Below are positions 29,454 through 37,669 of a DNA stretch of 64,000 bases, one piece after another. Under the pieces are notes generated by a model. That model did no database searches and was not told the DNA's origin. It was given only the letters and a program-made list of their open reading frames with translations. Where the stretch lies: the NCBI GenBank assembly GCA_028287235.1, contig JAQBQB010000019.1:104184-168183 (forward strand), read 5' to 3'. This stretch comes from Gemmatimonadota bacterium (GTDB lineage: Bacteria; Gemmatimonadota; Gemmatimonadetes; Gemmatimonadales; Gemmatimonadaceae). How positions within the stretch are numbered: position 1 is the first letter of the stretch; every line of letters begins with the position of its first letter. A program made the translations under genes and the position numbers.

Positions 29454-29913
29454 CTACGTCGCGGTCGAAAGACAGCGCGCGATGCAGGCTACCACGTCGT
29501 CCCAACCCGCCGCCGTGCCGTTCCGCAGCGCCTCGTCGCGCAGCTGCGTGTGGGTGATGACGATGTCGGTTTCCTCACCCCGGTCGAGAAACTCGACCGT
29601 CACCAGCGACATGCCGTGGTCGACGCCCGCGTCGCTGGACCAATGGAAGGTGCACCAGCCGGCGGTTGGGCACGACCTCGCGAAATGCGCCCTCGAACGT
29701 CCAAACGTCGCCCGTCGTCGTGTCGCGGACCTGTTGCCGCCACAGGCCGCCGACGCGACAGTCGATGTCCACCGCGAGGGTGGTGAACGCCGCGCCCCAG
29801 CTCCATTGTTTCGCGTACGCCGGCTCGGTCCACACGCGGTAGACCATGCGCACCGGCGCGGCGAGCGTGCGGCGGACGATGCATGCGAAGGGCGAGACGT
29901 TGGCGACGGTCAT
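29454..29913 (-). pseudogene. SRPBCC / AHSA1-like protein gene interrupted by a +1-nt frameshift near 29649-29650
   Basis: Frame A reads MTVANVSPF..WTFEGAFREVVPNRRLVH. Frame B continues FHWSSDAGVDHGMSLVTVEFLDRGEETDIVITHTQLRDEALRNGTAAGWDDVVACIARCLSTAT*. The span is 460 nt (3n+1), and the combined length of about 153 aa is normal for the family. Confidence 0.7.
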
Positions 29914-30260
29914 CGGTCGAGCTCCTTCCTGAGCGTGGGGTTGGCGAGCAGCGCCTCGAGCGTGTCGAGGCGGGCGTTCCACAGGCGGGTGTAGCGGCGC
30001 ATCCAGCGCATCGGCGATCGCAGCGCGTCGTGTCGCGCACGCGAAAGCCGCAGCCGTCCGGAGCGGTGGCGCGTGATGAGTCCCGCGCGCTGCAGCACGT
30101 TGAGATGCTTGGTGACGGCCGGCTGCGACATGTCGAAGTGCCGCACGAGCTCGGAGACCGGTTGGTCGCCGGCGGCCAGCCGCTCGAGAATGCGCCGGCG
30201 GGTCGGATCCGCCAAGGCCTGGAAGACGCGGTCGAGCCGCTCGTCACGAGATATAACCAT
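29910..30260 (-). CDS. ArsR/SmtB family transcriptional regulator
   Basis: ..VFQALADPTRRRILERLAAGDQPVSELVRHFDMSQPAVTKHLNVLQRAGLI... It has an ATGA overlap with the downstream SRPBCC gene. Confidence 0.87.
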   Translation of the reverse strand: MVISRDERLDRVFQALADPTRRRILERLAAGDQPVSELVRHFDMSQPAVTKHLNVLQRAGLITRHRSGRLRLSRARHDALRSPMRWMRRYTRLWNARLDTLEALLANPTLRKELDR

Positions 30261-30404
30261 ATAGTTATACGTTATGGCGCCCGGCCGGACGGTCAAGAGC
30301 GAAATCCGTCGCGGCCGGCGGCCGTTGCGCTCGGGGGCGCCGAGCCCCATTCTCTCCGCTCCGGTCGTCCACCCGTCCCGTCCCGCCCCGTCCAGCGAGA
30401 GCGC

Positions 30405-31826
30405 ATGCGTCCTTGGGTTTCCGTGTCCCGGCGGTTTCGTTGCGCGGCCGCGATCGTCGCCGCATTCCCCGCCGTCGTCGCCGCACAGGCCTCGAACCCG
30501 CTCGCCCAGACCACCGGCCAACAGCCGCTCGTCGTCCGCGGGGGCTGGCTGTTCACGGCGACGAGCGACACCGTCGTGCGGAATCAGGGAATCCTCATCG
30601 TCAGCGGGCGGCTCGTCGCCGTGAATCGCGCGATCGCGCCGGCGGAGATGGCCGGCGCCCGCGTCGTGGATCTGCGCGACGACGAGTATATCCTCCCCGG
30701 CTTCTTCGACGTCCACGCGCACTACAACATGACGCTCGGCGCCAACGGCCTGCGGAGCGACGAGTACACGTACAATCCGCTGATCTTCCTCGCCAACGGC
30801 GTCACGTCGACGTTCCCCGCCGGCGAGTACGACCCCGACGGGATGATGGCGGCGCGGAAGCGCATCGATGCCGGCGAACAAATCGGTCCGCGCATCTACA
30901 ACTCGGGCCCGTACTTCGGTACGGCGCGTCGCGGATGGAACCCGAACGCGACGCAGGCGGACATCTACCGCGACGTGGACGAATGGGCCGCCAAGGGCGC
31001 GCGCGCGTTCAAGGCGAAGGGGATCGCGCCGCAGCACCTTCGCTGGCTCGTCGAGCGCGCGCACCTGCACGGGCTCACCGTGACGGCGCATCTGGAATCG
31101 GGCTTTCGCAACTCGACGAACGCGCGCGACGCGATCCTCATGGGCATCGACCGCGTGGAGCACATCCTCGGCGGCGACCAGCTCGATCCGAACAAGCCGG
31201 CGTATCCGTCGTGGGACCTCGTCGACACGTCGTCGAAGCAGTTCAAGGACATCGTTCAACTGTTCATCGCGCGCCACGTGATGTTCGACCCCACGATCAC
31301 CGCGCCGGTGTACTTCTCACAGCTGCAAGAGGGCTTCGACTACTGGGTCGACGAGCGCAAATTCTTCACGCCCGAGGTGCAGGCGTGGGTGAAGGCGAAG
31401 CCCGCACGGCACGTCATCGCGTCGTGGGATTCATTGTACTGGGCGATGCGGCGCACCACCAAGGCGCTCTACGATGCGGGCGGCACCCTCACCCTCGGCA
31501 CCGACAACCCGAGCACCGGCGAGTTCCTCGCCGGGTTCTCGGCGCATCGCGAGCTGCACACGCTGGTGCAGATCGGCATCCCGGCCGCGGCGGCGCTCAA
31601 GATCGCGACGATCAACGGCGCGCGCGCGTTGGGCGTGTCCGACAAGCTCGGCACGATCGAGACGGGCAAGCTGGCCGACCTCTTCGTCGTCGGCGGGAAT
31701 CCGCTCGCGGACATCAAGAACACGCGGAAGGTGCATCTCGTGGTGAAGTCCGGATACGTCTACGATCCGAAGGCGCTGCTCGCGCAGGCGGAAGGGAAGA
31801 TCGGCGCGTCGCCGCCGAAACCCTAA
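30405..31826 (+). CDS. Secreted amidohydrolase family protein
   Basis: Signal peptide MRPWVSVSRRFRCAAAIVAAFPAVVAAQA, metal motif FFDVHAHY, and ..LGTDNPS... The ORF-track start 29883 was trimmed. Confidence 0.8.
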   Translation: MRPWVSVSRRFRCAAAIVAAFPAVVAAQASNPLAQTTGQQPLVVRGGWLFTATSDTVVRNQGILIVSGRLVAVNRAIAPAEMAGARVVDLRDDEYILPGFFDVHAHYNMTLGANGLRSDEYTYNPLIFLANGVTSTFPAGEYDPDGMMAARKRIDAGEQIGPRIYNSGPYFGTARRGWNPNATQADIYRDVDEWAAKGARAFKAKGIAPQHLRWLVERAHLHGLTVTAHLESGFRNSTNARDAILMGIDRVEHILGGDQLDPNKPAYPSWDLVDTSSKQFKDIVQLFIARHVMFDPTITAPVYFSQLQEGFDYWVDERKFFTPEVQAWVKAKPARHVIASWDSLYWAMRRTTKALYDAGGTLTLGTDNPSTGEFLAGFSAHRELHTLVQIGIPAAAALKIATINGARALGVSDKLGTIETGKLADLFVVGGNPLADIKNTRKVHLVVKSGYVYDPKALLAQAEGKIGASPPKP

Positions 31827-32635
31827 AGAGCCAGCGCGTACTGCGTCGGCTGTTCGGCGCGCGCGGAGCCCGGCATGAACGGCCCCGCCACCTCGTTCTG
31901 CGCCGCCGCCGTGACCGTGCCGCGGAAGCGCGACTTGCCGAGCGCGTCGCGCATCGACGAGAGCGCGACGTCGGGCGCGTTGCACCGCTCGCTCAGGTGC
32001 GCGAGCACGAGATGATTCAATCCGCGCGACACGCTGCCGCGCGCGAACACACCGGCGTCGCGGTTGCTCAGGTGCCCGGTCTTGCAGGCGATGCGCGCCT
32101 GCAGAAAGCGCGGATAGGGCCCGTTCCGAAGCATCTCGTCGTCGTGATTCGACTCGAGCACGAGAATGTCGAGCGACTCGCACGCGTCGGCGATGGCGCG
32201 GCTCACGTGGCCGATGTCGTAGAAGAGACCGGCGCGCGCGCCCGTCGAGCGGCTCGTCACGACGAAGCCCACCGACTCGTTGGCGTCGTGCGGCGTCGCC
32301 GTCGTGGCCACCGTCATGCGCGGAAACTCGACCGTCATTCCAGGATCGAACTTGTGCACCGCCGCGCCTTCGAGCTCGGGAGCCAGCGCCGTGCCCGGTG
32401 TCGCGTAGATGCCCCAGCCCCAGCGCTTCGCCGCGGCGCCGGCGCCTTTGACGTGGTCGCTGTGCTCGTGCGTGATCAGGCAGCCGTCGATCGACTCTGG
32501 CTCCACGCCGATGGACCGGAGGCGGCCGGCGAGCGTGCGTGTGCCGAATCCACAGTCGACGAGCAGGCGCGACCCGTCGCACTCGATGAGGATCGCGTTC
32601 CCACTGCTGCCACTGCCGAGCATCCACAGCTTCAC
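31823..32635 (-). CDS. MBL-fold metallo-hydrolase
   Basis: MKLWMLGSGSSGNAILIE.. and the HEHSDH motif (YycJ/PhnP-like). Confidence 0.85.
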   Translation of the reverse strand: MKLWMLGSGSSGNAILIECDGSRLLVDCGFGTRTLAGRLRSIGVEPESIDGCLITHEHSDHVKGAGAAAKRWGWGIYATPGTALAPELEGAAVHKFDPGMTVEFPRMTVATTATPHDANESVGFVVTSRSTGARAGLFYDIGHVSRAIADACESLDILVLESNHDDEMLRNGPYPRFLQARIACKTGHLSNRDAGVFARGSVSRGLNHLVLAHLSERCNAPDVALSSMRDALGKSRFRGTVTAAAQNEVAGPFMPGSARAEQPTQYALAL

Positions 32636-33858
32636 GCTTTGCCCGTCTCCGCGGTCCAGCGCCCGTCGTGTGCGGCGGCGAGATGGCGGCGGGCACGGTC
32701 CGTCAGCTCGACATGGCGCCGCGACATCATGCGCGCGGCGGTCTCGATGAATTTATCCGCGCGGTACACGGCGTAGGGAGGGGCATCGCCCCACGAGAAC
32801 GGCGACACGGCCTTGGGCGGCATGTTGCCGTAGACGTTCGCGCCGGCGCCCAGCACCGTGCCCGTGCTGAGCTGAAGGCCGATGCCCGTCTTCACGTGGT
32901 CGCCGAACATCGTCCCGAGGAACTGCAGTCCGCTGTCGCGCACGCCGCTTGGCGTCCAGAGCGCGACCGTCCCATATGTATTCTTTAAATTGCTCGTGAT
33001 CGTGCCGGCGCCGAGGTTCACCCACCGCCCGAGATACGAGTGACCCACGAAGCCGTCGTGCCCTTTGTTCGAGTGGCCGACGACGATCGTGCTGCTGAGC
33101 TCCCCGCGCACCTTGCACACGTCGCCGATGGACGAGCCGCCGATGTCGCCGCCCATCACCTGCACCTCGCGGCCGATGTAGCAGGGGCCGATCAGCCGGG
33201 TGAATGCGCGCACGTGGCTTCCGGCGCCGACGAAGATCGCGCCGGCCGTCGCGTCGAACACCACCTGCGGCTCGATGACGGCGTCCGCGGCAACCGTGAC
33301 CGTGCCCTCGCCGAGGATCGTCGCGCCGGTGGGACGGCTGCCCGTTGGGAGCGACGGCGCGGCGAGATCGGCCGCGAGCTGCTCCGGCAGATACCGAATG
33401 AAATCCCACACCTCGTTGAGCCACCAGCCGTCCAGAGTGCCGATCGCGCCGGTGCCGGCGTACAGCTCGTCGAGCATCATGGTGCCGTCGGCGAACGCGG
33501 CAACGTCGATCGGCTCCTTGGTGCGAATGGCGGCGAGCTCCGCGCCGCAGCGCCACATGCTGCAGGTCGCCGCGCGTCGCGCGGTCTTCGATGGGTCCGC
33601 TGGCACGGCCGGCGCGCAGCGCGCGAGCGCGATGATCGAGCCCGCCGGAATCATTCCAGTGGCCGCTCGAGCACCAGGCTCGTCGAAGTGCTCGTGGCGC
33701 CGGCCGGCGATGAACTGCACGTCGCTCGGCTGGAGCGCGTGGTGCCACCGGTCCCGGATCAGCATCGTGCCCGCGACCATCTCCGACGCCGGGCGCGTCG
33801 ACGCGAACGGCTCGAACGCTCTCGCCCGCGTATCGTCGTAGAGATAGAGCGTCGTCAT
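32632..33858 (-). CDS. Putative sugar nucleotidyltransferase / left-handed beta-helix acyltransferase (alternative GlmU-like family)
   Basis: MTTLYLYDD..FEPF..RP.., hexapeptide repeats, and ..GHSNKGHDGFVGHSYLGRWVNLGAGTITSNLKNTYG..PFSWG... The start was trimmed to an ATGA overlap with the manC-like gene. Confidence 0.72.
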   Translation of the reverse strand: MTTLYLYDDTRARAFEPFASTRPASEMVAGTMLIRDRWHHALQPSDVQFIAGRRHEHFDEPGARAATGMIPAGSIIALARCAPAVPADPSKTARRAATCSMWRCGAELAAIRTKEPIDVAAFADGTMMLDELYAGTGAIGTLDGWWLNEVWDFIRYLPEQLAADLAAPSLPTGSRPTGATILGEGTVTVAADAVIEPQVVFDATAGAIFVGAGSHVRAFTRLIGPCYIGREVQVMGGDIGGSSIGDVCKVRGELSSTIVVGHSNKGHDGFVGHSYLGRWVNLGAGTITSNLKNTYGTVALWTPSGVRDSGLQFLGTMFGDHVKTGIGLQLSTGTVLGAGANVYGNMPPKAVSPFSWGDAPPYAVYRADKFIETAARMMSRRHVELTDRARRHLAAAHDGRWTAETGKA

Positions 33859-34889
33859 TCGCGGTCTCGCACGCCGCGCGGCAGCGCATCCATGAGCGTT
33901 TTCAGATCGGACGATCGCTCGATGGTGGTCACGAGCACCATGCCGTTCTCGACGACGACGACCAGATCGGACACGCCGTACAGCACGACCGACGCGCCCG
34001 GCGCGTGGACGACGTTGTCGTGTGACTCCACCGCGTGCACGTGGCCTTGCATCGCGTTGCCGTGCGCGTCGTTGCCGCGGACGCGCTTGAGGGCGCCCCA
34101 CGTGCCGACGTCGTCCCAGCCGAAGTCGCCGGGAACCACGACCACGCGGTCGCTGCGCTCGAGCACTCCCACGTCCACGGAAATAGGCGTCACCGCCGCG
34201 AAGAAGCCGTCAATGTCGTCCGCGTGCGCGTGCAGTGCGCCCGAAACCTCGGGCGTGAGTCGGCGCACGTCGTCCAGGAAGTCGCCCACGCGCCAGACGA
34301 ACATTCCGGAGTTCCACAGATAGCCGTCGCGCCGCATCTCTTCGGCGCGCGTGCGGTCGGGCTTCTCGACGAACCGGGCGACGCGGCGCGCGCTGCCGGC
34401 CAGCTCTCGCCCCGGTTGAATGTAGCCAAAACCGGGATCGGCGCGGGTTGGCACGATACCCACGGTGACGAGCGCCTGATGCTGCTCGGCGATCTCCGCG
34501 GCGCTGACGAGCGTTCGCTGGAAGCCGGCCGCGTCGGCGACCGACCAGTCGGCGTGGACCGACATCATCGTCGCGGCTGGCCCGTCGCGCCGAGCAATTT
34601 CCTGCGCAGCCCACGTGAGCGCGGCCGCCGTGCCGCCGGCTCGCGGCTCGGCCACGAGGTTCGCGCGCGGAATTTGTGGTAATAGTTCGCCGATCGCGGG
34701 CACCAACGTGTCGTTCGTGAGTATCAGCACCCGGTCGGGCGACACCACCGGACCGAGCCGCGCGACCGCTTCGGCGAGCAACGGCTCGCCGGTCACCAAC
34801 GGGAGGAGTTGCTTTGGACGCGAAGGCGTGCTCAGCGGCCAGAAGCGTGAGCCGACACCGCCGGCGAGAACGACGGCCCAGCGGCTCAT
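33855..34889 (-). CDS. Mannose-1-phosphate guanylyltransferase-type nucleotidyltransferase
   Basis: MSRWAVVLAGGVGSRFWPLSTPSRPKQLLPL.. is the NTP-transferase G-loop, with typical ManC/CpsB N-domain length. 4-nt overlaps on both sides. Confidence 0.85.
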   Translation of the reverse strand: MSRWAVVLAGGVGSRFWPLSTPSRPKQLLPLVTGEPLLAEAVARLGPVVSPDRVLILTNDTLVPAIGELLPQIPRANLVAEPRAGGTAAALTWAAQEIARRDGPAATMMSVHADWSVADAAGFQRTLVSAAEIAEQHQALVTVGIVPTRADPGFGYIQPGRELAGSARRVARFVEKPDRTRAEEMRRDGYLWNSGMFVWRVGDFLDDVRRLTPEVSGALHAHADDIDGFFAAVTPISVDVGVLERSDRVVVVPGDFGWDDVGTWGALKRVRGNDAHGNAMQGHVHAVESHDNVVHAPGASVVLYGVSDLVVVVENGMVLVTTIERSSDLKTLMDALPRGVRDRE

Positions 34890-35302
34890 TCGCCGGCGGC
34901 CGCTGCTTCGTCGGCGCTGATGCCAACCAGCTCGGCCGCGCGCGCGTAGAGCTTCTTGGGGCTGAAGGGCTTCGTCAGGAAGTCGTTGGCGCCGAGCTCG
35001 ATGGCGCGCGTGTGCTGCTGCTCCTGGCCGGCGGCGGTGAGAATGATGCAGGGCAGGGCGCGCCACCGATCGTCGCCGCGCATGGCGGCGAGCACGTCGA
35101 GTCCGCTGAGATGGGGCATCATCAGGTCGAGCAGCACGAGCGCGATATCCGGCTCGCGGGCGAGCACTTCGAGCGCCTCCCGGCCGTCATACGCGAGCGT
35201 GACCCGGAAGGGTCCCTGCTCGAGCTTCATTTTGATGATGCGGCCGATGTGCGGTTCGTCATCGGCCACGAGCACGTGGCACGCCGAGGTCGGGCTGGTC
35301 AC
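34886..35302 (-). CDS. Stand-alone CheY-like response regulator receiver
   Basis: VLVADDE.., phospho-acceptor context LVLLDLMMP, ..ILTA.., and ..KPF... There is no output domain. Confidence 0.9.
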   Translation of the reverse strand: MTSPTSACHVLVADDEPHIGRIIKMKLEQGPFRVTLAYDGREALEVLAREPDIALVLLDLMMPHLSGLDVLAAMRGDDRWRALPCIILTAAGQEQQHTRAIELGANDFLTKPFSPKKLYARAAELVGISADEAAAAGE

Positions 35303-35308
35303 GAAGGT

Positions 35309-35662
35309 TCAGACGAGAGCGGCAATGTGTTCCCGGTTGCGCCGCAGCTCGAACAGCAGTTGTCCGACGTTCGCGCGCGGGGTGAGAAGCACCAGCAAGA
35401 TAGCTTCGCCGGAGAGCACGGACACGATGGCGAGGCCGTTCTTGTGCTCGAGCACGGCCGTGAGGAGGTCGCCGCGCGCCGTGGCGCTTCCGAGGTCGTC
35501 GGCGGTGCCGATGATGGCGGGAATGCGGGCTGCGACGTCCTCGGCATCCAGCCCGGGGTCGAGCTGGCTATCGATCAAAAGGCCATCGCGTCCCAACACG
35601 ATGGCGGCGTCCACTCCGTCGCGCTGTCGGATGGCAGCGACCAGATCACGAATGCTCGGCAT
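35309..35662 (-). CDS. Roadblock/LC7 (MglB-like) domain protein
   Basis: MPSIRDLVAAIRQRDGVDAAIVLGRDGLLIDSQ..LLTAVLEHKNGLAIVSVLSGEAILLVLLTPRANVGQLLFEL.. fits the Robl/LC7 alpha-beta-alpha pattern. The start was trimmed from 35914. Confidence 0.78.
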   Translation of the reverse strand: MPSIRDLVAAIRQRDGVDAAIVLGRDGLLIDSQLDPGLDAEDVAARIPAIIGTADDLGSATARGDLLTAVLEHKNGLAIVSVLSGEAILLVLLTPRANVGQLLFELRRNREHIAALV

Positions 35663-35663
35663 A

Positions 35664-35687
35664 CCAGCTCTCCAGCTCTCCAGCTCT
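35664..35687. repeat. Three perfect tandem copies of CCAGCTCT (GGAGAGCT-type on the minus strand), ending 2 nt upstream of the Roadblock start codon
   Basis: Read directly: CCAGCTCT CCAGCTCT CCAGCTCT CCCC. Confidence 0.9.
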
Positions 35688-35798
35688 CCCCGCAAAGTGG
35701 TGGCGAAGCTAGAGATCAAGATAGTCGAAGTCAAGCGACACCAATCGCTTGAAGTATGTGACACACGACCGTATCCTTCGCCCTTGAGCTCCCCAAAC

Positions 35799-36392
35799 AT
35801 GACCCGTCGAATCTTCCGTCCGAAGCCGAAATTCGTTGCGCTGATTGCCGCGACGCTGACGGTTGCCGCCATCGCGTGCGGCAACTTCACCGGCGTTCCC
35901 GCGTCGCTGCCCACCGTGACCGACAGCGGTGTCGTTTACGCCATCAACGGCGCCCCGCCCGGCGCGCCGAGCGCCCTGCACGTGTTCAGCGGTACGCTGA
36001 TCTCCGCCGACGCCAACTTCTTCTTCGACGTCGCCTTCGACATCGACGGCACCGGGAAGGTGGTGGTGCTGCCGCAGCGCGCGGTCGCCAGCGGACTGGC
36101 GACGACGCACACGGTGTCGCTGCAGACCACGACCAGCGCGTTCGACGCGATCGACCGCGCGCCGACCTCCGGCTATCGCGCCGATACGGCCACGGTCGTG
36201 CCGACGAACACGGTCGTCTTCGTGCAGAGCCAGGACGCGAACGCCTGCAGCGTCTCGCTGACGGGCACGACGCTCTATGCGAAGATTCTCATTCAGGGCG
36301 TCGATCCGCTCACGCGCAAGATCAAGCTTCGTTATACCGTCGATCCGAACTGCGGCTTCTTCTCGTTCGCGTCCGGGCTTCCCAAAGACTGA
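35799..36392 (+). CDS. Hypothetical lipoprotein
   Basis: MTRRIFRPKPKFVALIAATLTVAAIACGN.. gives a signal peptide plus lipobox (AAIAC). The mature part is beta-rich. The ORF-track start 34956 was trimmed. Confidence 0.65.
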   Translation: MTRRIFRPKPKFVALIAATLTVAAIACGNFTGVPASLPTVTDSGVVYAINGAPPGAPSALHVFSGTLISADANFFFDVAFDIDGTGKVVVLPQRAVASGLATTHTVSLQTTTSAFDAIDRAPTSGYRADTATVVPTNTVVFVQSQDANACSVSLTGTTLYAKILIQGVDPLTRKIKLRYTVDPNCGFFSFASGLPKD

Positions 36393-36395
36393 CCG

Positions 36396-37664
36396 GTGCA
36401 CGACCTCCGAATGCTCCGCGAGCAGGTCGATGTGCTTCGCGACGGCATGCGCCGCCGCGGCGCGCTCGACACGCTGGCGCCCGCCATCGATCGCGGGGTA
36501 GAGCTGGAGCGCGAGCGACGCACCCTCATCCAGGCGACTGACGAGCGGAAGGCGCTTCGCAACGCGAACGCGCAGGAAGTCGCGAAGCGCAAGCGTGCCA
36601 AGGAAGACGCCGACGAGCTGATCGCGCGCGGACGCGAGCTCGGCGACGAGATCGCGAAGCTCGAGCACGAGCTCGTGGCCGTCGAAGCGGCGCTCCAACG
36701 CGCGCTGCTCGAGATTCCGAACGTGCCGTTGCCCGAGGTGCCGGCCGGCGGAGAAGAGCACAACGTCATCGTTCGGGAGTGGGGCACGCCGAGATCGTCA
36801 GACGGTGTCAAGCCGCACTGGGAGATCGCGTCGGCGCTTGGGTTGTTCGATCTCGAGCGCGCGGGCAAGGTGTCGGGATCGGGGTTCGTGTTCTATCGCG
36901 GCCTCGGCGCGCGGCTCGTGCGCTCACTCGTCAACTTCTTCATGGACACGCATCGCGACGAGCACGGCTACGAGGAAGTCTGGCCGCCGCTCCTCGTGAA
37001 CCGCGCGACCATGACCGCCACGGGCCAGCTGCCGAAGTTCGAGGACGACGCCTACGCTACACGCGGCGACGATCTCTTTCTCATCCCCACCGCCGAAGTG
37101 CCGGTGACGAATCTCTATCGCGACGAGATCGTCGACGCCGTGCCGATGGCCTTCGTGGCGTACAGCAAGTGCTTCCGCCGCGAAGCGGGATCGGCGGGCA
37201 AGGATACGCGCGGCATTCTGCGCAGCCACGAGTTCGACAAGGTCGAGCTGGTGCGCTACGCCGCGCCGGAAACGTCGGGCGAACAGCTCGAGGCGCTCAC
37301 CCGCCACGCCGAGACGATGCTCGAGCGACTGGGCTTGCCGTACCGGAGGAAGCTCCTCGCGGCGGGCGACACGGGCTTCAGCTCGGCGATGACGTACGAC
37401 CTCGAAGCGTGGGCGCCCGGTGTGGGCGCGTGGCTCGAGGTGTCGTCGTGCAGCAACTTCGGCGACTACCAGGCGAGGCGCGCGAACATCCGCTACCGCC
37501 CGGCAAAGGGTGAGAAGCCGCGGCTCGTGCACACGCTCAACGGCTCCGGGCTCGCGCTGCCGCGCACGATCGCCTGCATTCTCGAGCACTATCAGAATCC
37601 AGACGGGACGGTGACCGTCCCCGAGGTGTTGCGGCCGTATCTCGGCACGGGTGTCCTCGGCTGA
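36396..37664 (+). CDS. serS: Seryl-tRNA synthetase
   Basis: N-terminal coiled-coil arm and class II motifs (..TGQLPKF.., ..FRRE.G..GKDTRG..R.HEF.KVE.., ..NGSGLA..R). Confidence 0.97.
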   Translation: MHDLRMLREQVDVLRDGMRRRGALDTLAPAIDRGVELERERRTLIQATDERKALRNANAQEVAKRKRAKEDADELIARGRELGDEIAKLEHELVAVEAALQRALLEIPNVPLPEVPAGGEEHNVIVREWGTPRSSDGVKPHWEIASALGLFDLERAGKVSGSGFVFYRGLGARLVRSLVNFFMDTHRDEHGYEEVWPPLLVNRATMTATGQLPKFEDDAYATRGDDLFLIPTAEVPVTNLYRDEIVDAVPMAFVAYSKCFRREAGSAGKDTRGILRSHEFDKVELVRYAAPETSGEQLEALTRHAETMLERLGLPYRRKLLAAGDTGFSSAMTYDLEAWAPGVGAWLEVSSCSNFGDYQARRANIRYRPAKGEKPRLVHTLNGSGLALPRTIACILEHYQNPDGTVTVPEVLRPYLGTGVLG

Positions 37665-37669
37665 ACGCC

